Source of the DNA: Candidatus Moraniibacteriota bacterium
Lineage (GTDB): Bacteria > Patescibacteriota > Minisyncoccia > Moranbacterales > GWC2-37-73
Length of the DNA stretch: 64,000 nt
Assembly: GCA_035390125.1 (NCBI GenBank)
Contig: DAOOTD010000002.1
Location: 105,908 to 169,907, forward strand
Direction of reading: 5' to 3'
A program made the translations under genes and the position numbers. The notes under the pieces are model-generated. The model did no database searches. It was given only the letters and a program-made list of their open reading frames with translations, and was not told where the DNA came from. Below are positions 8,935-19,361 of the stretch, one piece after another (within the stretch, counting starts at the first letter, position 1; every line of letters starts with the position of its first letter).

Positions 8935-9387
8935 ATGCTTATAAATGTTCCACAATATATAGATGTCGAAGATAAAATTGCAGGTCCGCTCACAGCTAAG
9001 CAGCTGGGGTGGGTTATAGGGCTAGGCATTACTCTTTTGGTAATGTGGAATATGTTGCCTAAGGTTTTGTTTTTTATTATAGGCATACCACTGTCCATTG
9101 CATTTTTAGCCTTTGCTTTTTACAAGCCATATGGTCAGCCACTGGGTAATTTTGTCATTTTTGGGATACTATATTTTTTCCGTCCAAAAATATATTTCTG
9201 GCAAAGAACTCCTCAGAAAAATATTCCCAGCAAGCAAAAAACAAAAACTGAAGAGTCCCGTCCGCCAGAAAAAAAACTTGATACTGAATCAATAATGGAT
9301 TTAGCAAGGGTCATGGACAGCGGTGGTTCTGAACGCAATGAAAGGATAGAAGAACTTTTAAAAAACGTTCCAATTAAAAAGAAATAA
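8935..9387 (+). CDS. PrgI-family (VirB3-like) membrane protein
   Basis: VPQYIDVEDKIAGPLTAKQ, two TM helices, RPKIYFW. Confidence 0.85.
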   Translation: MLINVPQYIDVEDKIAGPLTAKQLGWVIGLGITLLVMWNMLPKVLFFIIGIPLSIAFLAFAFYKPYGQPLGNFVIFGILYFFRPKIYFWQRTPQKNIPSKQKTKTEESRPPEKKLDTESIMDLARVMDSGGSERNERIEELLKNVPIKKK

Positions 9388-9397
9388 CAAAAAAACC

Positions 9398-10087
9398 ATG
9401 GAATTATTGCACTCAAAAAATCTAACCAAAGGAACTTCCGGAGGAGGAAGTACCCAAAAATATGTCGACGTTGAAGAAGTCCGTGATGGGGTAGTTATAC
9501 TGAAAGATGGATCTATGCGCTCAGTACTTTTGGTTTCTTCAATTAATTTTGACTTAAAAGCTACAGAAGAACAAGATTCTATTATTAATCAATATCAAAA
9601 CTTTCTTAATTCACTAGATTTTCCAATTCAAATAGTGATAAGTTCGCGTAAACTGAATATTGCTCCTTATTTGGAATATCTTAAAAAAAAGGAAACACAA
9701 CTGACTAATGAATTGCTGATTTTACAGCTGGAAGAATATCGTAACTTCATAAAAAGCCTTACCGATGTTTCAAGTATAATGTCTAAATTCTTTTATGTGG
9801 TGGTGCCTTTCTACCCAGTTGAAAATGTTAAAACAAGTGTTTTTGACAGATTTTTCGGAGCTGCAAATACCCAGATGTCTGCTATGCGGAGAAGAGAACT
9901 TTTTGAAACTTACAAAAATCAGCTTTGGCAAAGAATAGAACATGTCAGTTCTGGTTTAAGCAGTACTGGCGTAAAAGCTGTTCCGCTTAAAACTGAAGAG
10001 CTTATAGAACTTTTGTATAATTCATATAATGCTACGACACATAATAATGCAATAATAAGAGATGTAGACAAGATTGAACTCAAATAA
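9398..10087 (+). CDS. T4SS-associated protein (VirB4/TraC N-terminal-like)
   Basis: SSINFDLK..EEQ..II..YQNFLNSLDFPIQI; sits between PrgI and VirB4. Confidence 0.7.
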   Translation: MELLHSKNLTKGTSGGGSTQKYVDVEEVRDGVVILKDGSMRSVLLVSSINFDLKATEEQDSIINQYQNFLNSLDFPIQIVISSRKLNIAPYLEYLKKKETQLTNELLILQLEEYRNFIKSLTDVSSIMSKFFYVVVPFYPVENVKTSVFDRFFGAANTQMSAMRRRELFETYKNQLWQRIEHVSSGLSSTGVKAVPLKTEELIELLYNSYNATTHNNAIIRDVDKIELK

Positions 10088-10158
10088 AAAAATAATCCAA
10101 ATTAATTTAAAATAAGTAGCTTCTCAGAAAGAGATTCAAATCTTATTTAATACTATAA

Positions 10159-11982
10159 ATGCTTGGAATAAACAAAAAAAATGACAAAAAACAAACTGTA
10201 AAAAGGGATCCGATTTTAGAAAGTGAGGAATTATATCAGCGTGGTGTTGCAACTATAAAAGATCTTATCGCCCCTTCTGCAATGAAGGTAAGTTCAAATT
10301 ACTTGCAAATAGGCGAAACGTTTGCCAGAACCGTTTTTGTTGTTGCCTATCCTAGATATTTGCATACAAACTGGTTTTCTCCGATTATAAACATTGATTT
10401 TTCCATGGATACTGCGATGTTTATACATCCTATTGATACAGTTGAAATATTAAAAACCCTCAGGAAAACATCAACCCAAGTGCAATCGCAGATTCACATG
10501 GAAGAACAGTCGGGAAAAATCCGAAATCCAATTTTGGAAACAGCCATTGAAGATATAGAAGATTTGCGCGATAAGCTCCAGCAAGGAACTGAAAAATTTT
10601 TCCGCTTCGGGCTCTACATGACTTTATATGCAAATAATTTGGAAGAACTTGAAAAAATACATTTGCAAATAGAAGCACTTCTCGAGGCGCAAATGGTTTA
10701 CATCAAGCCAGCGGTGTTAAAAGCTGAACAAGGTTTTTCCTCTACTTTGCCATTGGGAAATGATGAAATAGATATTGCTAATAATCTCAATACAGCACCA
10801 CTTTCTACGACATTTCCTTTTGTATCTTCAGATCTTTCATCTAATGAGGGTATTCTTTATGGGATTAATCGACACAATAACAGCCTTATTCTTTTTGACA
10901 GATTCCAAATGGAAAATGCCAATATGGTAGTTTTTTCTAAATCTGGCGGAGGGAAAAGCTATACTGTGAAACTCGAAATATTCCGTTCGCTGATGGTTGG
11001 AACCAATGTTGTTGTCATTGATCCAGAAAATGAGTACAAATATTTGTGTGAAACAGTAGGGGGAACTTTCATAAAACTTTCACTTAATTCTCCATATCAT
11101 TTGAATCCATTCGATCTTCCTAAAATTGGCGATGAAGAAGATCCTGAAGATGTTCTTAGGAGCAACATAGCCAGTCTTATAGGACTGCTTCATCTTATGC
11201 TTGGCAATGTAACTCCCGAAGAAGATTCAATTCTGGATATAGCTATTCGTGAAACATATGCGATGCGTGATATTACTGCCCGAAGCAATTTTAAGGCTCT
11301 TAATTCATCTTCTTTTCCGACCATGTCGGACCTTTATGCTGTTATTCGAAATTCAGAAGGCGGAGAATCAATAGCAAAAAGATTGGAAAAATACACAGAG
11401 GGTATTTTTGCTGGGGTGCTTAATCATACAACAAATGTACAGGTTGATAATCAAATGGTTGTCTTTAATATACGCGATCTTGAAGAACAGCTTAGGCCCA
11501 TTGCCATGTATACAGTCTTGCAGTTTATCTGGAATGAAATGCGGTCTTCACTTAAAAAAAGAATTGTAGTTGTGGATGAAGCTTGGGTTATGATGCAAAA
11601 TGATGATGCAGCATCTTTTTTATTTGGTATTGCAAAGCGTTGCAGAAAATATTATACAGGCTTAACAACAATAACTCAGGACATAGCAGATTTTATGACC
11701 TCGCGCTATGGAAAGCCGGTAGTAACTAATTCGTCATTGCAGCTGCTATTGCGTCAGTCTCCGGCAGCTATAGAAACAATTTCTGACACCTTTTTTCTAA
11801 CTGATCAGGAAAAGTTTCTCTTATTGGAAAGTGGGGTTGGAGAAGGAATTCTTTTTGCGGGAGCAAAGCATGTTGCAATAAAAGTTATTGCTTCATATCC
11901 TGAAGATCAAATCATAACATCTGATCCGCGCCAATTGATTGAAATTGAACAAGCCAAAAAAGAATTGGAAGAAGATGAATAA
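10159..11982 (+). CDS. virB4: VirB4/TraC-like ATPase
   Basis: Walker A SKSGGGKS, VIDPENEY, LNPFD, Walker B VVVDEAW, RCRKY, ITQD. Confidence 0.88.
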   Translation: MLGINKKNDKKQTVKRDPILESEELYQRGVATIKDLIAPSAMKVSSNYLQIGETFARTVFVVAYPRYLHTNWFSPIINIDFSMDTAMFIHPIDTVEILKTLRKTSTQVQSQIHMEEQSGKIRNPILETAIEDIEDLRDKLQQGTEKFFRFGLYMTLYANNLEELEKIHLQIEALLEAQMVYIKPAVLKAEQGFSSTLPLGNDEIDIANNLNTAPLSTTFPFVSSDLSSNEGILYGINRHNNSLILFDRFQMENANMVVFSKSGGGKSYTVKLEIFRSLMVGTNVVVIDPENEYKYLCETVGGTFIKLSLNSPYHLNPFDLPKIGDEEDPEDVLRSNIASLIGLLHLMLGNVTPEEDSILDIAIRETYAMRDITARSNFKALNSSSFPTMSDLYAVIRNSEGGESIAKRLEKYTEGIFAGVLNHTTNVQVDNQMVVFNIRDLEEQLRPIAMYTVLQFIWNEMRSSLKKRIVVVDEAWVMMQNDDAASFLFGIAKRCRKYYTGLTTITQDIADFMTSRYGKPVVTNSSLQLLLRQSPAAIETISDTFFLTDQEKFLLLESGVGEGILFAGAKHVAIKVIASYPEDQIITSDPRQLIEIEQAKKELEEDE

Positions 11983-12015
11983 AAAATAGAATCTTTATTG
12001 AATTAACAATTTATT

Positions 12016-12519
12016 ATGCCTGAAGATATTGCAAGAAATTTTAAAAACAACAGCGATAACCTTGATAGAGCTAGGCGAGAAAGGCCCAGCTCTTTTAGCA
12101 ATGGAAATCCTGTTGATATGACAAAAAATATTTCTAAAGCGGCTATAGCTAAAGGTTTTTTCCCTTTACTGAAAGAAATAGATCTTTCCAAAGATATGCC
12201 ATTTGTAGCTGCGCTTCTGGGTGCTTTAGGAAAAGATGTCTCTGACTTTGTTTTTGCTGAAACAATAATACTTTCCATGCTTACCTCAATTCTTTGTTCT
12301 ATATTTATTTTCATGATGTTAATTCTTGCTGGTTCTGGGCGAAGAAATAAGTCGGCAAGAGGCTTTGCTAAAAAAGCACTTACATTAATAGGAGGCGGAG
12401 CAGCTGATTCATTGCCCGGAGTAGATTTTTTACCAATTGAAACACTTACTGTCGGAATGATATATATTATGGTGTTGGCAGAAAGAGCAAGTGAAAAAAA
12501 TAATAAATTCAAACTCTAA
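12016..12519 (+). CDS. Hypothetical membrane protein
   Basis: 167 aa with hydrophobic segments, co-oriented directly after virB4. Confidence 0.6.
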   Translation: MPEDIARNFKNNSDNLDRARRERPSSFSNGNPVDMTKNISKAAIAKGFFPLLKEIDLSKDMPFVAALLGALGKDVSDFVFAETIILSMLTSILCSIFIFMMLILAGSGRRNKSARGFAKKALTLIGGGAADSLPGVDFLPIETLTVGMIYIMVLAERASEKNNKFKL

Positions 12520-12609
12520 ATAATATATAGGCTTCACAATTAATTTTATAGCTGATCAGCTAATAATTAAGCACAAAAAAGTGTCAAGCTGATCTTTTCT
12601 TTTTTATTT

Positions 12610-14136
12610 ATGTCTTCTAAAATATATTCTGCCGCAACTATAGGTCTGGACGGAGAAATTGTAGAAGTTGAAGTTGATATTCTAGGATCCGGCCTGCACA
12701 ATTTTTCAATCGTTGGTCTCCCGGATATTGCAATCAAGGAGTCGCGTGATCGTGTTTCGAGTGCTATAAAAAATAGCGGATTTAAGCCACCACATCAGTG
12801 CGGTCGCATTACGGTGAATCTAGCTCCGGCAGACTTGCCAAAGGCCAGCCCTATTTATGATCTTCCTATCGCTATGGGATTTTTGCTTGCGACCAAACAA
12901 TTGCAATTTGATTTTAATGGCAGGATGATTGTAGGAGAACTTTCTCTTGACGGGCGCATACGTCCTATACAGGGAACTTTACCTATAGCTCTCTTGGCAA
13001 AAGAAAAGGGGTTTAATGAATTATATGTTCCATTAGAAAATGCAGCTGAAGCCAGTGTAGTTAAGGGAATAAATATTGTACCTGTAGATACTCTTTATTC
13101 TTTGGCTGATCATTTTTCTGGCAATAGAAAAATTGATTATTTCCCATCATTAGACGGGGATGTCCTATTTTCAACAGCAGATTATGAAATAGATATGGCT
13201 CATATTAAAGGTCAACAACATGCCAAGCGTGCTCTGGAAATTGCAGCAGCTGGTGGGCACAATGTTATTTTAAACGGACCTCCAGGATCAGGAAAGACTT
13301 TATTGGCTAAGGCTATTCCTACTATTCTCCCCCAGTTAACATTGGAAGAAGCATTGGAAATAACAAAAATATTTTCAGTTTCCGGAAAACTTAGGAAAGG
13401 ACAACCTCTAGTTACTTCAAGGCCATACAGAAATCCACATCATAGTGCCAGTAGTGTTTCTTTGATTGGTGGGGGGAGTTATCCAAAGCCTGGAGAAATA
13501 AGCTTAGCGCACAGGGGAGTTTTGTTTTTGGATGAGTTTGCTGAGTTTCCTAAAAGTGTTTTAGAGAATTTGCGCCAGCCACTTGAGGATGGTATGATAA
13601 CAATCTCAAGAGCCAAAGGATCTTTATATTTTCCAGCCCGGTTTATTTTGGTGGCCGCTATGAATCCCTGTTTTTGCGGGAACGCTACTGATCCGGAAAA
13701 AATATGCACATGTACGCCAGCACAGATTTCCCGGTATAAGCAAAAAATTTCTGGACCAATTATGGACCGCATTGATCTGCACATTGAAGTGCCACGTTTA
13801 AGTTTTGACAAGCTTCAAGAAGGAATAAGTGAAGAAAAAAGCGAGCAGATACGTGCCAGAGTGGAAGCAGCCAGAAAAATACAAGCTAAAAGATTTGAAA
13901 ATTTGTCGGTAATTTCTAACAGCGAAATGTCTTCTGATCAAATAAGACAATTTTGTCCTTTAGACGAAGAGTGCAAACAGCTTTTAAGAAATGCTGTATC
14001 AGCTCTAAAGCTTAGTGCCCGAGCTTATCACCGTATAATAAAAATCGCGCGTACTATTGCAGATCTTTCAAATAGTGAAAATATTCAGCCGGCACATATT
14101 GCCGAAGCCATTCAATACAGATTCAAAATGGAATGA
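12610..14136 (+). CDS. comM: YifB/ComM Mg-chelatase-like AAA+ ATPase
   Basis: IVGLPD, TVNLAPAD, GPPGSGKT, PGEISLAHRGVLFLDE, AAMNPC, LSARAY. Confidence 0.92.
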   Translation: MSSKIYSAATIGLDGEIVEVEVDILGSGLHNFSIVGLPDIAIKESRDRVSSAIKNSGFKPPHQCGRITVNLAPADLPKASPIYDLPIAMGFLLATKQLQFDFNGRMIVGELSLDGRIRPIQGTLPIALLAKEKGFNELYVPLENAAEASVVKGINIVPVDTLYSLADHFSGNRKIDYFPSLDGDVLFSTADYEIDMAHIKGQQHAKRALEIAAAGGHNVILNGPPGSGKTLLAKAIPTILPQLTLEEALEITKIFSVSGKLRKGQPLVTSRPYRNPHHSASSVSLIGGGSYPKPGEISLAHRGVLFLDEFAEFPKSVLENLRQPLEDGMITISRAKGSLYFPARFILVAAMNPCFCGNATDPEKICTCTPAQISRYKQKISGPIMDRIDLHIEVPRLSFDKLQEGISEEKSEQIRARVEAARKIQAKRFENLSVISNSEMSSDQIRQFCPLDEECKQLLRNAVSALKLSARAYHRIIKIARTIADLSNSENIQPAHIAEAIQYRFKME

Positions 14137-15089
14137 TAAGAATTTCAAAAAAACTAAAATACATCTTTTTTTTAACTGGACTGGCAATCCTTTTTTTCTT
14201 TATATTCAATAAAGATAAAAATGATATTGCTATAAACTTTAATTCTGAAAAAAAGAAAATTGAATTGACTGATAGCAATATCACTTTTGAATTAATGTCT
14301 GCGGCCAAAACTGTAGAAGATTTTATGAACGAGCAAAAAATAGTCCTGGAAGAAAATGATTTAATTGTGCCTGATAAAAATAAAGAAATTTTTTCTGGTA
14401 CTCATATAATCATCAAACGAGCAAAAAACATAACAATTAAAGAAGCGGATAAAAAAACTAAAACGCATACTCTTTTGGATACTATCGAGCAAGCTGTTTG
14501 GGAGAATAAAGAAATAACTTTGTCCGATGATGATATTACGAATCCATCAAGGCGAGTATTGGTCAAAGAAGAAATGACAATTATTGTTACACATGTTGTC
14601 ATAAAAGAAGAAATAAAAAAGCAGGATATCGATTTCAAAACAATTTCTAATGAAGATGATAAATTAGGTTGGCGCGTTAAAAAAGTCACCCAAAAAGGAA
14701 TAAAAGGCACGCGTGAAATAAAATATAAAGTAGTTTATCATGACAATAAGGAAATATCGCGCAAAATTCTGGAAAGCAATGTTACAAAAGAACCAATTGA
14801 AGAAATTGTTACGCAAGGAACATATATGAAATTAGGCAAGGCTAATAAAGGACAGGGTACCTGGTATGCCTGGAAAGGGGGACTTTTTGCTGCCAGCACG
14901 ACTCTTCCGCGCGGCGCATATGCCAAGGTGACCAATGCGGAAAATGGCAAATCGGTCGTTGTCCAAATCAATGATTATGGCCCGCAAGGTAAAGGACGCA
15001 TTATTGATTTGGACAAAGTTGCTTTTGAAAAAATAGCTTCATTAGGTGCGGGAGTTATTGGAGTCAAAGTGGAGCAAGTACTCAATTAG
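14133..15089 (+). CDS. DUF348/G5-domain protein with C-terminal RlpA-like DPBB domain
   Basis: N-terminal TM, ubiquitin-like repeats, G5 (QKGIKG...EIVTQGT), GKSVVVQINDYGP...RIIDL. Confidence 0.8.
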   Translation: MIRISKKLKYIFFLTGLAILFFFIFNKDKNDIAINFNSEKKKIELTDSNITFELMSAAKTVEDFMNEQKIVLEENDLIVPDKNKEIFSGTHIIIKRAKNITIKEADKKTKTHTLLDTIEQAVWENKEITLSDDDITNPSRRVLVKEEMTIIVTHVVIKEEIKKQDIDFKTISNEDDKLGWRVKKVTQKGIKGTREIKYKVVYHDNKEISRKILESNVTKEPIEEIVTQGTYMKLGKANKGQGTWYAWKGGLFAASTTLPRGAYAKVTNAENGKSVVVQINDYGPQGKGRIIDLDKVAFEKIASLGAGVIGVKVEQVLN

Positions 15090-15135
15090 TTTATAAAGTT
15101 ATAAAGTTCATAAGGTTCATAAGGTTCATAAAGTT
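15090..15135 (+). repeat. Short tandem repeat TT(C)ATAA(A/G)G, about 5 units
   Basis: tttataaag ttataaag ttcataagg ttcataagg ttcataaag. Confidence 0.8.
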
Positions 15136-15969
15136 ATGGAAATCAAAGCGAAAAAATCTTTAGGACAGAATTTTTTGAAAGACGAGGCAATTTTGCAACG
15201 GATTATTGAAAGTGCGAAACTTTCTGCTGATGATGTTGTCATTGAAATCGGGCCGGGGCAAGGAGTGCTGACGGAACTGCTGACTGAGGTTGCCAAAAAA
15301 GTCATGGCGATTGAATTGGATGACCGACTGGTTGAAATGTTAAATAACAAGTTGCGTAACAAAGAAAATATTGAAATTATCCATGATGATATACTAAAAA
15401 TAAATCTTCCAGAGCTTATTTTTAACAAGCTGAAGAAGCTGAAAGCTAAGGAAGTTAAATATAAAGTTGTCGCTAATATTCCATATTACATTACTGCTCC
15501 AATTATTAAATTATTTTTAGAAACCAAATTTCCACCGAGTGAAATGATTCTGATGGTGCAGAAAGAAGTAGCGGAAAGAATCTGTGCCAAGGCAGGAAAA
15601 ATGAGCATTTTGGCAGTGTCGGTGCAATACTATGCTCAGCCGGAATATTTATTCACTGTGTCGAAAGAATCTTTTGAGCCGATGCCGAAAGTGGATAGTG
15701 CAGTAATTAGAATCATAAGAAACAAAAAACCTGCTTCGCCGGCAGGCAGACGAGAAACAAGAAACAAGCAGGACGTTAAAAAATTTTTTAGAATTGTGCG
15801 GGCGGGATTTTCAGCCAAAAGAAAAACTTTAGCTAATAATCTTTCTAATGGATTTCAAATAGACAAAAAAACTTCTGAAGAAAAATTAATCGCGCTTGGT
15901 TTTTCGAAAAATACTCGCGCTCAGGAACTGACAGTGGAAGATTGGAGGAAAATAGAGAATATTTTATAA
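15136..15969 (+). CDS. rsmA: 16S rRNA m6,2A dimethyltransferase
   Basis: KKSLGQNFL, EIGPGQG, VANIPYYIT, MVQKEVAER, PKVDSAV. Confidence 0.96.
   Translation: MEIKAKKSLGQNFLKDEAILQRIIESAKLSADDVVIEIGPGQGVLTELLTEVAKKVMAIELDDRLVEMLNNKLRNKENIEIIHDDILKINLPELIFNKLKKLKAKEVKYKVVANIPYYITAPIIKLFLETKFPPSEMILMVQKEVAERICAKAGKMSILAVSVQYYAQPEYLFTVSKESFEPMPKVDSAVIRIIRNKKPASPAGRRETRNKQDVKKFFRIVRAGFSAKRKTLANNLSNGFQIDKKTSEEKLIALGFSKNTRAQELTVEDWRKIENIL
15730..15749. repeat. REP-like palindrome inserted in frame in rsmA
   Basis: CCTGCTTCGCCGGCAGGCAG is a GC-rich hairpin in an AT-rich gene and encodes PASPAGR. Confidence 0.6.
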
Positions 15970-15982
15970 AAATAAATTTTAT

Positions 15983-18172
15983 ATGGGCATAGTCTCTGAA
16001 TTAAATGAAAAACAAAAAGAAGCGGTAATGACAACAGATGGACCGCTTTTGATTATTGCCGGAGCGGGGTCGGGCAAAACCAAAACACTGACACATCGGG
16101 TAGCCTATCTGATTAAAAATCACGGAGTCAATCCGCGCAATATTTTGGCAGTGACTTTTACTAACAAGGCGGCGGGGGAAATGTGTGAAAGGATCATGCG
16201 AATTTTATATCCCGAGGCAGACAAAAATTATAAATATAGTTTGTATAACAATTCGAATCTGCCAACCATTGGAACGTTTCATGCAATCTGTTCCAAAATA
16301 CTGCGCAGTGAAATAGAAGTTTTGGGATATGAAAAATCGTTTCACATCATTGATGACCAGGATCAGCAGGCTTTAATGAAAAAAATTCTAAAAGAAATGG
16401 AAATAGATCCACAGCAGTTCAATCCAAGAGCAATTCTATCAACCATAAGTAAGGCTAAAAATGAGCTGATAAGTAGGGAAGAATTTGAAAATCAAGCCCA
16501 TGGATATTACGAAGAAATTGTGGCTAAGTGCTATAAACGCTACCAATCACATCTTAAAGAAAACAACAGTCTGGATTTTGATGATATTCTTGTTTTTATA
16601 GTAAAAATTTTTCAGAATTTTCCTAAAGTGCTGGAAAAATATCAGAAACAATTCAAATATATTTTAGTGGATGAATATCAGGATACCAATCGGGCGCAAT
16701 ATTTATTTATAAATATGTTGGCCGGGAAGCACAGAAATTTATGCGTTGTGGGAGATGATTGGCAAAGTATTTATAAGTTCCGAGGCGCAGACATTAAAAA
16801 TATCCTCAATTTTGAAAATGATTATCCAGAAGCCAAAGTAATACATCTGGAACAGAATTACCGTTCAACCCAGGTTATTCTGGATGCGGCCTATGGTGTT
16901 ATTTCCAAAAACATAAATCGCAAGGATAAGAAACTTTGGACGGAAAAAGAAGCCGGGCATTTGGTAACTTCTTTTGAGGCTGAGGATGAATGCGACGAAG
17001 CTGAGTTTGTCGCAGATGAAATAAAAAAAGGAGGCATGCCTTATAGCAAATACGTAGTTTTATACCGTACCAATGCACAATCACGCGTTATTGAAGAAAC
17101 TTTTCTAAAAAAATCAATACCCTATCGAATTATCGGAGGCATTAAGTTCTACCAGCGAAAGGAAATAAAGGACGTGATTGCTTATCTTAAATTAATTTCA
17201 AATCATAGTGACACAATTTCATTGGAGAGGATAATCAATGAACCAAAAAGAAATCTGGGTCTAGTTACATTCAAAAAGTGGGTAGATATCGCTAAGAAAA
17301 AAAATTTAAATCTTATTGAAGCCGGATTAAAATTTTCAGAATCTGAATTTAAATTTCCAGAAAGTCTGCAACTAGTAAATTCAAAAATTGATGCAATAGC
17401 TAAGCTCTGCGACTTTATAAAAAGAATGAAAGAAATCCAGCCGAGAATAACATTAGCTGATTTTATTGAAAAAGTTTTTAAGGAAAGTGGATACGAAAAA
17501 ATGCTGTTGGATGACGGAGTTGAAGGTGAAATGCGCTGGGAAAACGTAAAAGAACTTATAACCGTGGCGCATAAGTATGATGAAAATAAAGCAGAGTATG
17601 GAGATATTTTAAGAGCGTTTTTAGAAGAGGTTGCACTCACATCTGAAGCAGACAACGTTGACCAAAATCAAGATGCAGTGTATCTTATGACTCTGCATAG
17701 CGCTAAAGGTCTAGAATTCCCTGCGGTTTTTATAGTCGGTTTGGAAGAAGGAATATTGCCGCACTCCAGAAGCATGCTTTCCTATGAAGAAATGGAAGAA
17801 GAAAGGCGTTTGATGTACGTAGGCTTAACTAGAGCCAAGGAAAAAATATATCTTTTATTCACGCGCCAACGCAATTTGTTCGGTTCAACGCAGATGAATT
17901 CTCCTTCCAGATTTTTGGACGATATACCTGAAAAACTTGTAAAACATAACTCATGCCGTGAAACAGAAAAAAAGATATTTGAATCGCTTTTAAAAAAGAA
18001 GAAGAAATCAGAAAAAAAAGCGAATTTTTTCAAAGGGGGAGAGAAAGTCAAACATGAACAATTTGGGGAAGGCATAGTTGTTTCGTCTGTTGGCGACATT
18101 ATTACAGTGGCATTTAAAAAAGCCGGAATCAAAAGATTGTCGGCAGAATTTGCAAAGCTTGAACAAATTTAA
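15983..18172 (+). CDS. pcrA: PcrA/UvrD helicase
   Basis: AGAGSGKT, VDEYQD, VGDDWQSIY, LEQNYRS, TLHSAKGLEF, EERRLMYVGLTRA. Confidence 0.96.
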   Translation: MGIVSELNEKQKEAVMTTDGPLLIIAGAGSGKTKTLTHRVAYLIKNHGVNPRNILAVTFTNKAAGEMCERIMRILYPEADKNYKYSLYNNSNLPTIGTFHAICSKILRSEIEVLGYEKSFHIIDDQDQQALMKKILKEMEIDPQQFNPRAILSTISKAKNELISREEFENQAHGYYEEIVAKCYKRYQSHLKENNSLDFDDILVFIVKIFQNFPKVLEKYQKQFKYILVDEYQDTNRAQYLFINMLAGKHRNLCVVGDDWQSIYKFRGADIKNILNFENDYPEAKVIHLEQNYRSTQVILDAAYGVISKNINRKDKKLWTEKEAGHLVTSFEAEDECDEAEFVADEIKKGGMPYSKYVVLYRTNAQSRVIEETFLKKSIPYRIIGGIKFYQRKEIKDVIAYLKLISNHSDTISLERIINEPKRNLGLVTFKKWVDIAKKKNLNLIEAGLKFSESEFKFPESLQLVNSKIDAIAKLCDFIKRMKEIQPRITLADFIEKVFKESGYEKMLLDDGVEGEMRWENVKELITVAHKYDENKAEYGDILRAFLEEVALTSEADNVDQNQDAVYLMTLHSAKGLEFPAVFIVGLEEGILPHSRSMLSYEEMEEERRLMYVGLTRAKEKIYLLFTRQRNLFGSTQMNSPSRFLDDIPEKLVKHNSCRETEKKIFESLLKKKKKSEKKANFFKGGEKVKHEQFGEGIVVSSVGDIITVAFKKAGIKRLSAEFAKLEQI

Positions 18173-18178
18173 TTTTTT

Positions 18179-19090
18179 TTATTTCTTTTTTCCGTGAAAC
18201 TGCTTGTGTATTTCTTTGAGTTGCTTGTTGGTAATGTGCGTATAAATTTGAGTTGTCGTTATGGAAGAATGTCCCAACATTGTTTGCACGCTTCGGATGT
18301 CAGCTCCATTAGAAAGTAAGTCTGTGGCAAAACTATGCCTTAGCGTGTGCGGATGTACATTTTTCACGATACCTGCTTTGGCTGCATAAAATTTTACTAT
18401 TCTTTGAATTGAACGTGGGGTCAAGCGCTTTGTTTTTTCGTTTCCAATTCCCCCTTTTTCGGATAATCGAATAAATAAAGCCGGATCCAAGTCCATGCGC
18501 TTGCTCAAATATTTTTCCAACGCCTCTTTTGCAGTATCAGAAATGAAAACTATTCTCATTTTATCGCCCTTGCCAATCACGCTAAATTCTTGTCTGGAAA
18601 TGTTCAATTGGTCGCAGTTTATATTTATAAGTTCAGAAACACGAAGTCCTGCCGAAAAAAGAAGCTCCAAGATTGCCCTATCGCGCATGGACTTTATGTC
18701 TGATCCTTCTGCGGCATGCAAAAGGCGGTCAAGCTCACCACTATCAAGAAACTCAATTTCATGTGATGGATTTTTACCAACTTCCAATTTTTCAGCGGCC
18801 AAACTTTTAATATCGCGCTTGGCAAGATATTTCAGAAAACTGCGGATGGCTATTATATGATAATTTTGAGTAACTTTTTTCAGTTCCTTGCCATGGCTAT
18901 CTTTCTGCCGGTTCAGATATAAACGGTAGCTCCTTATAAGCTCAGCAGTGATATCCTTGGGTTCGGATATTTTTGCCCAGGTCAAAAAGCGCTTGAGATA
19001 ATGATGATAATTCTCAATAGTCTTCTGCGAACGGTTACGTTCAATCTCCAAATATTCAAGAAATTCAGTCAGAAGGTTTTTTAATTTCAT
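18179..19090 (-). CDS. XerC/XerD-like tyrosine recombinase
   Basis: AGLRVSEL, GKGDK, HPHTLRHSFAT, LGHSSITTTQIY; N-terminal SAM-like domain. Confidence 0.92.
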   Translation of the reverse strand: MKLKNLLTEFLEYLEIERNRSQKTIENYHHYLKRFLTWAKISEPKDITAELIRSYRLYLNRQKDSHGKELKKVTQNYHIIAIRSFLKYLAKRDIKSLAAEKLEVGKNPSHEIEFLDSGELDRLLHAAEGSDIKSMRDRAILELLFSAGLRVSELININCDQLNISRQEFSVIGKGDKMRIVFISDTAKEALEKYLSKRMDLDPALFIRLSEKGGIGNEKTKRLTPRSIQRIVKFYAAKAGIVKNVHPHTLRHSFATDLLSNGADIRSVQTMLGHSSITTTQIYTHITNKQLKEIHKQFHGKKK

Positions 19091-19231
19091 AAATTATTTC
19101 CGATTATTCATAAAAAAGCTTTTCATGCCTTTTACGATCTAATTGTACTCTTTTTTTGAAATATAAAAAAGATATAACCCCAAAAAATGGCTTAAAAAAA
19201 GGAAAAAAAATAATTTTAAGACAAAACATCT

Positions 19232-19259
19232 TTGACAAAAATATCCCTAGGTATATACT
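19232..19259 (+). promoter_or_regulatory. Sigma70-type promoter for the LysM-CHAP gene
   Basis: TTGACA-N16-TATACT. Confidence 0.55.
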
Positions 19260-19361
19260 TGAAACCAGTTAAAAATTAAGGTTGCGGGTGATGAGTAATG
19301 ACATGAGGCGGTTTTTTATCATTATTCTCTAAGCCTGTCAACCAACCGAAAGGACTTATTT

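Noticed and set aside
10936-10959. VirB4 Walker A starting with Ser (SKSGGGKS)
   Set aside because: The GKS core and Walker B are intact; small-residue variation at the first position is tolerated
14134-14136. Alternative genetic code (TGA as Gly, as in Gracilibacteria)
   Set aside because: TGA ends comM and the 25730 pilin at their expected C-termini, and core genes have no internal TGA
15090-15135. Repeat as a possible CRISPR array
   Set aside because: Units are 8-9 nt with no spacers, and no cas genes are in the window
18179-19090. Tyrosine recombinase as a prophage or ICE integrase
   Set aside because: Size and motifs fit housekeeping XerC/D; no arm-binding extension, att repeats or phage genes are visible
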